Source of the DNA: a virus
Taxonomy: Duplodnaviria > Caudoviricetes
DNA: 25,240 nucleotides
Direction: 5' to 3' (one strand)
IMG/VR virus record: IMGVR_UViG_3300047308_000014
Location: 1 to 25,240 of that record
Part shown: positions 1 to 8,842 of the stretch, piece by piece
Numbering within the stretch: position 1 is the first letter of the stretch
Layout of the letters: every line of letters starts with the position of its first letter
Notes under the pieces: generated by a model
Told to the model about the DNA's origin: nothing
The model's input: the letters and a program-made list of their open reading frames with translations, nothing else
Databases searched by the model: none
Program-made: the position numbers and the translations under genes

Positions 1-147
1 TCCGACTTCTTCTGCAATTGCCTGTACTTCTTTTGCCGTCTTTTGGGCAGAAGCAACAGTACCCTTTACCTCTTTGTATAACTCACACCCTTTGCGAATA
101 GCGGCAACACAGCCGTTCGCCATCGCCAGAAGAGTGAGAGGGTCCAC
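1..147 (-). CDS. Hypothetical phage protein, N-terminal part (runs off window)
   Basis: Not in the ORF track. GTG at 147, just after the upstream stop, reads MDPLTLLAMANGCVAAIRKGCELYKEVKGTVASAQKTAKEVQAIAEEVG with no stop. The MDPxT plus amphipathic helix start is typical of small phage proteins near lysis genes. Confidence 0.75.
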   Translation of the reverse strand, partial: MDPLTLLAMANGCVAAIRKGCELYKEVKGTVASAQKTAKEVQAIAEEVG

Positions 148-148
148 A

Positions 149-373
149 TTAGGGCTTGTCTTGCTTGTTGTCTAACTTGTTGAAGATCTGCTTCAAGATG
201 TCTTTGATCTCTGCAATGTCAGCACGGTAGTCATCTTTTATGACATATTCGTGAGGCATATTGTTGATCTTGTCTTCAAGCTTGGTGATCTGTCTAGTCA
301 GTGTGTTGATCACATAGACAGCAAGAAACCCTGCAATGCTGACAATGGCATTGAATAGTTGTTGGACTTCCAT
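149..373 (-). CDS. Small membrane-anchored coiled-coil protein (holin-like or lysis-region protein)
   Basis: 74 aa with an N-terminal hydrophobic helix (LFNAIVSIAGFLAVYVI), then heptad coiled coil and a charged C-terminus. Located after the structural genes. Confidence 0.6.
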   Translation of the reverse strand: MEVQQLFNAIVSIAGFLAVYVINTLTRQITKLEDKINNMPHEYVIKDDYRADIAEIKDILKQIFNKLDNKQDKP

Positions 374-375
374 GA

Positions 376-1716
376 TTACCTCGGTGGTACTGAGCGGTAA
401 GGACTGCCAAGCTTTTGACGTTCAGCTTGCTTTCTGAGTTCTGTCTGTCGAGCAAATTCACGTTGCTCTTCAGGAGTGTAAAGAGTGCCTGGGGCCAATT
501 GAGAAGCAGTCATGCCTAAAGGCAATAACGCTTCAGCAACATTACCCATAGCTTCTCTAGCATTAGCGGCTTGACCAGCAGTCATAAGCAGACCAGCGGC
601 ACCACCAACCTTCATTGCTTTGCCCAACACTGGATAGTTTTTGGGTGGTGGAATACCCATAGCTTTTCGTTCAGTACGGTTTAATGTTTGCTCTGGAATG
701 TTTTCCTTTAGCCATGTGTCATACTTTTTGATGTCAGCATAAGCTTTGTCCATAGCTGGCTGACCACCACCATAAGGCTTGCCCTGATTGAATTCATCAG
801 TCATAAACCTACGAATGTCAGGACCAAATTCTTTTTCAAGGTAGTTGTCAGCACCACCAAAATCTTTTTTGAACACCTTGCCTTCCATCTCGGCAGCAAC
901 AGCTTGCTTGGTTGGGCGACCACCAGTTTTCTTTGGTTCAGTGGCGGCAGGAGTTGGCTGTGTAGGTGCCACAGGTGCGGAAGGTGCGGCAGGAGTTGCC
1001 CCAACATTCATGTAAGGGTTAGGAGTCTCTGCGCTAACAGGAGGCGCTACAGAGGCCGCAAAAGATTGGTCAAGAGATTGAACAGAAGGGGGTGCTACAG
1101 GCGCAGATGGCTGGAACCCAGGCTGGCCCATCATGGGAGGCTGTGCTTTGGCGGCTTGTTGTGCTTGAGATATCTCAAACAGCCTTTGTTCAATTGGATC
1201 TTTTGAAACTTTTACAACAGATTCTGTAGTAGGTTTGCCAAACTCAGGTTCAATGCGACCAGTAGTAGGCGCTTGATTGACATCCATTAAAGGCTCAACT
1301 TTACGGATAGTCCTGTCGGCAATAGACTTAGGTGGTGCTTTGGCTTTCCCGCCAGATTCATTTTCGCCGCCAAATGCTTTATTTGCTAACCAAGCAATTG
1401 CTGGTATAGCCGCAGCGCCTGCCGCTAATGGCAACAAGCTTTCCCAGTTTTTAGTAATGTCTCCAACTAAATTACTGGCGGCAGATTGAGGTTGAGGCGC
1501 AGGCATTTGTTCCTGCAATTGCTTGTTGGCTTCGGCTACTTTTTTAACAAGACCGCTTGCATTAGGTGCTTTGGCAACAGGCGCAGAAGGCGCTACAGGT
1601 CCAACGGGTTGTGCTTGAACCTGTGCAGGCGCTGGCGTTTGAACTTGTGCAGGCGCTCCACCATAGATAAATTTGTCGGTTTCTTCAACAGGAAACTCAG
1701 CGTATTTTGTTGCCAT
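376..1716 (-). CDS. Putative internal virion/ejection protein, Pro-Ala-Gln rich
   Basis: 446 aa with low-complexity P/A/Q linkers and a hydrophobic segment (LLPLAAGAAAIPAIAWLA). It is the last large gene after the tail genes, where podoviruses place ejection proteins. Confidence 0.55.
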   Translation of the reverse strand: MATKYAEFPVEETDKFIYGGAPAQVQTPAPAQVQAQPVGPVAPSAPVAKAPNASGLVKKVAEANKQLQEQMPAPQPQSAASNLVGDITKNWESLLPLAAGAAAIPAIAWLANKAFGGENESGGKAKAPPKSIADRTIRKVEPLMDVNQAPTTGRIEPEFGKPTTESVVKVSKDPIEQRLFEISQAQQAAKAQPPMMGQPGFQPSAPVAPPSVQSLDQSFAASVAPPVSAETPNPYMNVGATPAAPSAPVAPTQPTPAATEPKKTGGRPTKQAVAAEMEGKVFKKDFGGADNYLEKEFGPDIRRFMTDEFNQGKPYGGGQPAMDKAYADIKKYDTWLKENIPEQTLNRTERKAMGIPPPKNYPVLGKAMKVGGAAGLLMTAGQAANAREAMGNVAEALLPLGMTASQLAPGTLYTPEEQREFARQTELRKQAERQKLGSPYRSVPPR

Positions 1717-1719
1717 TTA

Positions 1720-3231
1720 TCAATCTCCTGGTGACAGGCCAATTTGGTTTCTGTTGTTGACCATCAAGGACCCTTTGGGAGGACGGATTACTCTGCCCTC
1801 AATATTCGATCTCATCTTGTGTTCAAAGGTGTTGTTGATGGCTTTAAAAATGTCTGACTGTTGGAAGTTTTGAGCCAATGAATCAACATCAAATGATTTA
1901 CCAGTCTTGGCTTGTTCTCTTTGAGCCGTATACAACTCTTTAGACCATGCCGCCATCAAAGCATTGTTTCTCTGTTGGCTAACACGGTTGGCGATCATTG
2001 CATCAGCACCACCAGTGTATGGGTCCGTGTCAGGCACAGTGTTCCAAGTAGGTGGTTTGACATGCTCTGGAATGTTTTTGTAAGCAATGTCGTTGGCGGC
2101 ATTCAAAGATTGCAAGCGCATAAAGTCTTGGAATTCTCCAGGACTCTTGATTACGCCTTGCAACTCTTGAGCCAAGGCAGCTTGCAAAGTTTGTTGCTCT
2201 TGGAGCATGTTGGCTTGTGACGATGTCGCCACATTTGCCTCACGCCCAGAAACACCAGCTTGTGTAGCGGCAGAAGTGCTTGCCCCTAAATTTCCTCCAG
2301 CAGACAGCTTGCTTCCAGGTGGAGGCACACCGCCATCTCCAGCGCCTTGCATACCCAGGCCACCAGAAACACCAGCGGTCTGACCAGCGACAGCTTGACC
2401 AGATGCGTTGACGTTTAACCCAGTTTCACTGGTTCTTCCAGTTGATCCAGAAAGCTGATTCAGCCTGTTAACAACACCCAGGATCTTTTGTCTGCGCTCT
2501 GATGGAAGAGTTGAGATGTAATTGAGTACAGGCTTTAGCTTGGTGGCTAATTGCAGTTGTTGGTCAATGTTCTCATTGGCACCACCAGCAAGTCGAGCAG
2601 CGTTATAGGCATCATTGGTTGCCAATTGGAATTGACTACGCAAACCTTGTTCAGCCAATTTGGCATTGTTTTTTGCGTTTTCCCAAGGCGCTGTTTGCAA
2701 GACTTTTCTGTCAGTATCAGTAAAAATGCCACCACGATTATCAAGAGATTTAATTTGATCTGGCGTTAAAAATTTACCTTCACGGTTTTTGATGCGCCCC
2801 GTGTAACCAAAATCATTTTCTTCACGGAAATAAACTTCATTGTTTACGTCACGGGCTTCTTTTTCAACAATACCACCGCCATTGAACCACTTCAATGCTT
2901 CGTTGTAATTGCGACCAAGGACGTTAACGATGACCTTATCCCACTGGGTTTTTTGGTTGGGTCGATATTCTTGAGTTTCTGTGTTGTGTTTTGCAACAGC
3001 GTCAGACAAAGCAACCCTAGCTTGTGGGCTACTTGCGTTGTTTACGTTGTTAACAATGGCTTTAAAAGTATCTGGGTACTCAAGAGTAACTTGAGCAACA
3101 CTGCTTGCCACTCCAGGCACCGCAGGCTTAACAGATTCTTTCATGGCATCAGGGCCACCAGAATATTGCTGTGGTGTTGAAGGAGGCGCTACAGGCGATA
3201 GAACCGCTGTGTTGTCATCAGGATATGCCAT
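1720..3231 (-). CDS. Putative internal virion/ejection protein
   Basis: 503 aa, alpha-helical Q/A/N-rich with a Gly-rich central stretch, no Cys. SD-like AAGGTG upstream. Sits in the ejection-gene position. Confidence 0.6.
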   Translation of the reverse strand: MAYPDDNTAVLSPVAPPSTPQQYSGGPDAMKESVKPAVPGVASSVAQVTLEYPDTFKAIVNNVNNASSPQARVALSDAVAKHNTETQEYRPNQKTQWDKVIVNVLGRNYNEALKWFNGGGIVEKEARDVNNEVYFREENDFGYTGRIKNREGKFLTPDQIKSLDNRGGIFTDTDRKVLQTAPWENAKNNAKLAEQGLRSQFQLATNDAYNAARLAGGANENIDQQLQLATKLKPVLNYISTLPSERRQKILGVVNRLNQLSGSTGRTSETGLNVNASGQAVAGQTAGVSGGLGMQGAGDGGVPPPGSKLSAGGNLGASTSAATQAGVSGREANVATSSQANMLQEQQTLQAALAQELQGVIKSPGEFQDFMRLQSLNAANDIAYKNIPEHVKPPTWNTVPDTDPYTGGADAMIANRVSQQRNNALMAAWSKELYTAQREQAKTGKSFDVDSLAQNFQQSDIFKAINNTFEHKMRSNIEGRVIRPPKGSLMVNNRNQIGLSPGD

Positions 3232-3241
3232 GTTTCACCTT

Positions 3242-3664
3242 TTAAGCCATTGCCATTGAAGCTAAGTTACTCAACCCACCTAGGCCTTGCAACAAACCTG
3301 TTTTTTGATCTTCATCTAAGTCAAACTCATATTGATATGCAGGCTGTGGCGCAGGAGCGGCAGGTGCCATTGGTGCGGCAGGAGCGGCAGGAGCAGTAGG
3401 AGCAACAGGCTCTCTCATGTTTTTAGCAGTAGACATTGCCCCAACAAAATTACCAGCCCCAACCTGTGATGCCATATTTCCTGCGTTAGACATCATGTTT
3501 TGCACAGGAGCAATTCTTTGATTCAAATATTGGTTGAAATCTTGAGGAGGAGGTATACCTTGCTTTGCAGGCGCTTCTTCCATGCCGCCTGTTTTGCGGT
3601 CAAAACCAGCGTATCCAGCCCAGTCTGAATATTGTTTTGGATCAGCAAAAGTAAAAGCAGTCAT
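3242..3664 (-). CDS. Hypothetical virion-associated (ejection module) protein
   Basis: 140 aa, Met/Gly/Ala-rich with an APAAP tract and C-terminal GLLQGLGGL. Co-oriented and tightly packed with its neighbours. Confidence 0.6.
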   Translation of the reverse strand: MTAFTFADPKQYSDWAGYAGFDRKTGGMEEAPAKQGIPPPQDFNQYLNQRIAPVQNMMSNAGNMASQVGAGNFVGAMSTAKNMREPVAPTAPAAPAAPMAPAAPAPQPAYQYEFDLDEDQKTGLLQGLGGLSNLASMAMA

Positions 3665-3673
3665 GTTTATCCC

Positions 3674-4408
3674 TTAAAGCTTGAACCCAAAACCCTTGCC
3701 GCTTTGACCACCAGTGCTTGTACCGCCCTGTGTGCCAGCAAAGTTAGGTGTCGTAGATTGTTGAGGTGTACCAAAGATCACGGATGCGTACTTGGAATAC
3801 ACATCTTGAGGTGTACCAGCAAACCCAATCCTTGATGCGGCGGCAGTCTGTGCGCCAGTAAGGTTCTGACCACCCAAGGTAGCCAGTTGCTGTGCGGCGG
3901 CGGCTTTGTTGGCTTGTACACCAGCACGGGCAGAAGCTGCGGCAGTGGCTTGGCGTTGCTCTTGTGTACTAGCAAGGTTGGCGTTAGCCAGAGCGGCCCT
4001 AGAAGAACCCAAACCACCAGCACCACCGTATCCAGCCACCTGTTGGTTGACTAGATCACGCCCAGACTCACGCCCAGCCTGCAAAGCGGCATTGACTTGT
4101 TGTTGCTCATACTGGGGGTCAAACAGCGATTGGAGGCCTTGGATACCGCTTGTCAGGGCAGAGGAGCCAGCACGTTCTTGTTGGGCACCTGCACGACCAG
4201 CAACATCCATTGCAGTCTTAGCGGCAGTGGTAGCGGCAGGGGCAACTTGCCCATACACATCTTTAGCCCCGCCAATCGTGGTTTTGTAAGCGGGGAAAGC
4301 TACTTCACTTAAAAACTTGGTTTGTTCGCCTAAAAGCCGTTTTTGCTCATCAGGCATTTGAACCGTTGTAGTCGTATTTTGACTACCAGATGATTTACCG
4401 CCACCCAT
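3674..4408 (-). CDS. Putative DNA ejection/pilot protein (analogue of P22 gp7/T7 gp14)
   Basis: 244 aa: MGGGKSSGSQNTTTT start, Ala/Gln/Gly-rich helices, GGAGGLGSSR motif, Gly/Thr-rich C-terminus. This composition is characteristic of podovirus ejection proteins. Confidence 0.65.
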   Translation of the reverse strand: MGGGKSSGSQNTTTTVQMPDEQKRLLGEQTKFLSEVAFPAYKTTIGGAKDVYGQVAPAATTAAKTAMDVAGRAGAQQERAGSSALTSGIQGLQSLFDPQYEQQQVNAALQAGRESGRDLVNQQVAGYGGAGGLGSSRAALANANLASTQEQRQATAAASARAGVQANKAAAAQQLATLGGQNLTGAQTAAASRIGFAGTPQDVYSKYASVIFGTPQQSTTPNFAGTQGGTSTGGQSGKGFGFKL

Positions 4409-4410
4409 GA

Positions 4411-4806
4411 TTAACCGCCTTTCCCTTTACCGCTACTTTGAGCGGGTGCTAGTTGCTGTGATGCATTATCCCACTGGGGAATAGTATTTGCATAGCGATT
4501 TGGTTGGCCCATCCTGGGTTGCCCAGAAGTGGCTGAATTGGTAGAACTGCCTTTTCCACGCATAGTGTTATCAGGAGGAGCGTAATTAGGTTGCTCATAA
4601 TTGCGCTGACCCTTGCCACCACCGCCGGGAGGCATAACAGCAGGCTGTGCCACGGATTCAGGTATAGGCTGGGCAACTTGATCTGGTTTTGGAATGGCTT
4701 GTGGGACAAGTGCTTTTACTAAAGCTTCATGAGTTCCACCTTTGCCAGATGATGGAGCAGGCTGGCTTGTTTGGGCTTGCTGTACTTGTGATGAAAATCC
4801 ACCCAT
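4411..4806 (-). CDS. Hypothetical disordered protein with repeated GKG motifs
   Basis: 131 aa, Q/P/G/S-rich with four GKG-containing motifs. SD AAGGA upstream; 2-nt gap to the next gene. Confidence 0.65.
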   Translation of the reverse strand: MGGFSSQVQQAQTSQPAPSSGKGGTHEALVKALVPQAIPKPDQVAQPIPESVAQPAVMPPGGGGKGQRNYEQPNYAPPDNTMRGKGSSTNSATSGQPRMGQPNRYANTIPQWDNASQQLAPAQSSGKGKGG

Positions 4807-4815
4807 GATGTTTCC

Positions 4816-5181
4816 TTATCTAAGTTCAGCCCATTTTAGGCTACCACCACTTACACCACTTGAATTGACAATATAAGTATTGCCCGGTGGAACTATTCCC
4901 GACACACTGCTATTAACAGCGCCACTAGCAAAACTATTCCAACCATTAATAGCTACAGAAACTCCATCAATAACCAACTCAAGATATTGATTAACTTGAC
5001 AGTTTCCTTGCACAGAAACTTGTATTGGTTTTGACGTGCTATTTGTATATGTGATGTTTACGCCTCTGCTTGCAGTTAAGTTTTGCCAAGTTTGGCTAAT
5101 TCCAATACTTTGAGCGGCAGTAGATTGAACAGTTGAATCTGGAAAAGTAATACCAAGTGTTCCGTCTATTTTTGTAGTCAT
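4816..5181 (-). CDS. Small tail-fibre tip/receptor-binding protein
   Basis: Start moved to ATG 5181 (MTTKIDG), which follows AGGAG; 121 aa. The C-terminal IGISQTWQNLTASR..TYTNSTSKPI..IVPPGNTY..WAELR pattern is a common tail-fibre C-terminal domain. Confidence 0.7.
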   Translation of the reverse strand: MTTKIDGTLGITFPDSTVQSTAAQSIGISQTWQNLTASRGVNITYTNSTSKPIQVSVQGNCQVNQYLELVIDGVSVAINGWNSFASGAVNSSVSGIVPPGNTYIVNSSGVSGGSLKWAELR

Positions 5182-5192
5182 AATAACTCCTA

Positions 5193-7226
5193 TTAAATGA
5201 TTGACCAATTACTACTGGTCGGCACAGTAACTTCTACACCATTTGCAAGCGTAGTTGGTCCTACACTCAAAGCATTTGAAGAACTAGCCACGGTAGATGT
5301 TTGATTTAAAGTTTTTGGGTTTTGCAAAAATGGGACGTTTAAATACAAAGAGGTGCCATCAAACACCATATTATTATTGGCGTTACCAGTCACCATCCGT
5401 CCATCAGCATACAAATATGTGCCAGCACCAGTCATGGTATTGCCACTAATCTGAGGAAGGTTGCCTGATATACCTACTTGAAGAGCATTAGTAAATACAG
5501 TTGTTGTAGATATTTTGTCGGCAGTGATTGTATTTTGAACAATCAAACTACCAGTAATATAAGTGGCTTGAGTAATCCAAGGATAACTACCGCTTGTATA
5601 TCTCCAAACAGTAGCGTTGCTATTATTGTTGTAGCTAACAGTACAAATATCACCAGCTACTGGAGTTCTACCAATAACAGCAATACATTCAGCATCACTG
5701 GGAGATGCAGGACTAGTGCTTGGTCCTCGGTCAACTACAAAAGTAGCAGAGCCATTTAATCCATTATTGCCATTAGCCCCGTTATATGCAATTGCACGGA
5801 TAGGATAGCTGGTATTTGTCCAATCTAGTGGGGATGTAAGCGTGGTAGCAACCACATTCAATGGAATAGTTATTTCCCAAAGAAAGTTGCCAGCCGTAGT
5901 GTTGGTTGGAGCGTCTGTAGACCATCCAGAAGGCGCTGTATAGGCACCAGTTGCCCAATCGTATGTAGAGGTCGTTGACGGCCTTGTAGGAGGCACTGAG
6001 GAGCCTGTCCACAAATAGATGGACGGGAATGCCGACATGATTCCATTAGCCCCGCCCACCCCTGGAATACCATCATAAACAACAGGCAAAATAATTGTTC
6101 TGCTAAGTGGGCTTAACAAGTTTGTGCCATTAACAGTAAGCGTTACTGTTACACCAGAAGAAGATGATGTTGGAGTAACAACTACAGATGCTGTTGTAGC
6201 AGAAGTAGGAGTGGCTCCAGATATTACCCAAGCATATGTTGGCGAAGTTACATTTGGCGTAACTGCTGTCAACGTAGCATTAGTTGGGGTATATGCACCA
6301 GCAGGATTTTGTACAAACCCAGTAAATCCAGATATATCAACAGATGGTCCAGAAGTGCCTTGAGCGCCGGGATCTGCAAATACAAGTTGAACCCTAGCTA
6401 CTGATGCTTGACTAACAACACCTAAACTGTTTTTATATCTAACCGGGACGTTGATATATGCAGGACTGGCAGACATTGCTGTTGGCGCAGGCCACAAAGC
6501 ATAATCACCAGCATCCGTTGGATTGCCAATGGTTATATTCGTATAGGAAATATCCCCATTACCAGTGGTTGATGAGTTACCAATACGCCAAGAGTTATTG
6601 ACAAACCCCACATTACTGTCTGTCTGTGCGTCAGTAAATGGGACAACAACGCCGCCATCAGTAGAAAACATGACTGGGTTGACGTTGGTAAAGACTGGAG
6701 AAAGAGGGTTACCAGTCCTTGGAACCTGCATTGTGGCTGGCGTAAAGTACGAAAAGAATGTTTCCGCAATCACCGGGATATTCCCAGAAGTCACCACATC
6801 AAGATCGATGGATGCGCCTGGGTCTATTAACCAACCAGCATCTGGAGCCGCAGTGGCAACTGCAAATTGAATCTGACGGCCACCAGTACATATAAACCAA
6901 AGAAACTTGGTAACCCCAAAACCACCCGTTGCTTGAGTCCAAATATAATCAACAGGATTAGAAGATTCAGCGGCATCATTATTATTTCTGATGCCAAAGT
7001 ACTGCCTGTTTGTAGGCGAGTTGCTAAAGTTAACAGAGCCATCAAAGCTGTCAGCATATTTGACAGCCATATACTTGTATAAATATCCTTGTACTTCCCC
7101 GGTAGGCCCACTGATCTGACCTGTATTAGGGTCAGCCGTGTAACTTGTGTTGAAATTACTCAATACATAGTTAAGCGCATCAGATATCTCCGATGTTGTG
7201 GGATTACCGTCAAGCAAAAAAGGCAT
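5193..7226 (-). CDS. Tail fibre/spike-like structural protein
   Basis: 677 aa, T/S/G/N-rich beta-type modules with short Gly-X-Y linkers (GAQGTSG, GNNGLNG) and a C-terminal NALSVGP..VTVP..W cap. Translationally coupled to the nozzle gene (TAATG overlap). Confidence 0.7.
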   Translation of the reverse strand: MPFLLDGNPTTSEISDALNYVLSNFNTSYTADPNTGQISGPTGEVQGYLYKYMAVKYADSFDGSVNFSNSPTNRQYFGIRNNNDAAESSNPVDYIWTQATGGFGVTKFLWFICTGGRQIQFAVATAAPDAGWLIDPGASIDLDVVTSGNIPVIAETFFSYFTPATMQVPRTGNPLSPVFTNVNPVMFSTDGGVVVPFTDAQTDSNVGFVNNSWRIGNSSTTGNGDISYTNITIGNPTDAGDYALWPAPTAMSASPAYINVPVRYKNSLGVVSQASVARVQLVFADPGAQGTSGPSVDISGFTGFVQNPAGAYTPTNATLTAVTPNVTSPTYAWVISGATPTSATTASVVVTPTSSSSGVTVTLTVNGTNLLSPLSRTIILPVVYDGIPGVGGANGIMSAFPSIYLWTGSSVPPTRPSTTSTYDWATGAYTAPSGWSTDAPTNTTAGNFLWEITIPLNVVATTLTSPLDWTNTSYPIRAIAYNGANGNNGLNGSATFVVDRGPSTSPASPSDAECIAVIGRTPVAGDICTVSYNNNSNATVWRYTSGSYPWITQATYITGSLIVQNTITADKISTTTVFTNALQVGISGNLPQISGNTMTGAGTYLYADGRMVTGNANNNMVFDGTSLYLNVPFLQNPKTLNQTSTVASSSNALSVGPTTLANGVEVTVPTSSNWSII

Positions 7227-8842
7227 TAAAACGCATCCTCAGTGACAGTGGCCTGGAAGTTCATGGCAGTCAAATTCCAAGCATTTGTAGCATCGTTTGA
7301 TTCTACTTTTATGGACACAGTCCGTACATTGTTTTGCTGAGTTGTCACCCAAGGCGTATCAGTAGAAATATTTGTAACCCCAGTAGCCCCATAAACAGGG
7401 GTTTGAGCAGTGGAGTTAGCACCGCCAACAGTGATATTGACCGTCCCAGTACCTGCAATCTCAGGCAACATCCTGTGGACATAGACCCTAGAACTGTACG
7501 GAACAGGTCCAGTGTCTGTAGACAAGGTCATGTTAGTTCGTTCAAACAATGCAGGAATGGGCGCTGAATTGATAAAAGAGTTGCCCTGGCCTGTCTGTAT
7601 CAACTTCTGGCTTGTTACCCCTCCACGGGCGTATGTGACGCACCTAGAGGTCAGCTTAAAAGCCCCTGAACTAAAGATGGGAGCCTCACTGGCATTGCAG
7701 GCACCATTGATCTGCTTGGGAGCATTCCATATCTGCAAGTCATAGCGGTATGACAACATACGGTTGCACCACCCAGTCGAGGTCAGATCGGGATAATAGA
7801 TCTCAATCTGGTTCTTCTGAGTGTTGTTGACCATGAAAAGACGTTCAGCATAGGTAGGGCTGAGGTTTGAGTAGAAGTAATCTCTCACCTTTTGGTTGCC
7901 CAATGGAGCAAAGTCTGACCCGTTGAACACCCAGATATCCCTACTGTCGACCCCATAAACGCTAGTGTCAGTATTTGTCCAGCAGTTGTTGTTGATCAAC
8001 CCTCGACCTTGGTTGTACAGACGGATACCAAAAATAGGTGCCGTGCTGTTTTGATAGGCAATTGGGGAAAAAACAACGGTGTCCCAGTATGAACAAACGT
8101 AGAAGTTACCGCCAAAAAAGAAGCCATCAATGATAGGCCCACGCACGGGAATCTCTTGTTCGTTGGCTACGTTATTCAAGGTGGGAACCCAGGTAGCAGG
8201 AACGCCAGTACCCGCAAATGCCTGTGACCAGCGAACAGTGGTTGGGTAGTTAATCGTAGATCCTGCCGTGAAATCTTTGGTGATGTTGCCTGCAATCAGA
8301 ATGTTTCCCACGTTGGGTGAGCAGAAGTTACGCACAAAGCCTGCCCTAGTTGCAGAGACACCAATGTCGTAATTCCACACGTAGTTGTCGGGAGCGCTGT
8401 CGTAAATGTAGATTTCTGTCGCTGTTGGCAGAAAGTACATTGGAGGACGCAAAGTGTCGTTAATGAAAAACACACTGCCCACCCAAGAAGTGGTGATGTT
8501 TAAGTCATTGGTATAACCACTCAAAGCCACGTTAGGGTTGGCTCCAACGCCGGGAGTTATATTGGTAATACCACCAGCAGTCAGCATGTACCACTTACCT
8601 TCTACAGTGGCAACAATGTAGACAAAGCTTGTTTCACTGCGAAACCCACTATTCATAAAGATAGGGTTACCAGGAATGGCAGACAGTATTTCTTGTTCGC
8701 CGTAGATCTTCTTTATTCCACGGACATCAGCCTCAACATTCAGCCCTGAGTTGTACTCATTTGGACCCAAAGCATTGCTTGGCACATCTGGAGTAAAACT
8801 CATGTTAGTGAACGGCGTTCTTAGTCTTTGATAGTCACTCAT
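7226..8842 (-). CDS. Putative tail nozzle/DNA stabilisation protein (P22 gp10-like beta-propeller)
   Basis: 538 aa, aromatic beta-rich, with a TVRWSQ..W..N.A motif and IWVFNG and YRYDLQIW blade-like segments. Size and position fit podovirus nozzle proteins. Confidence 0.65.
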   Translation of the reverse strand: MSDYQRLRTPFTNMSFTPDVPSNALGPNEYNSGLNVEADVRGIKKIYGEQEILSAIPGNPIFMNSGFRSETSFVYIVATVEGKWYMLTAGGITNITPGVGANPNVALSGYTNDLNITTSWVGSVFFINDTLRPPMYFLPTATEIYIYDSAPDNYVWNYDIGVSATRAGFVRNFCSPNVGNILIAGNITKDFTAGSTINYPTTVRWSQAFAGTGVPATWVPTLNNVANEQEIPVRGPIIDGFFFGGNFYVCSYWDTVVFSPIAYQNSTAPIFGIRLYNQGRGLINNNCWTNTDTSVYGVDSRDIWVFNGSDFAPLGNQKVRDYFYSNLSPTYAERLFMVNNTQKNQIEIYYPDLTSTGWCNRMLSYRYDLQIWNAPKQINGACNASEAPIFSSGAFKLTSRCVTYARGGVTSQKLIQTGQGNSFINSAPIPALFERTNMTLSTDTGPVPYSSRVYVHRMLPEIAGTGTVNITVGGANSTAQTPVYGATGVTNISTDTPWVTTQQNNVRTVSIKVESNDATNAWNLTAMNFQATVTEDAF

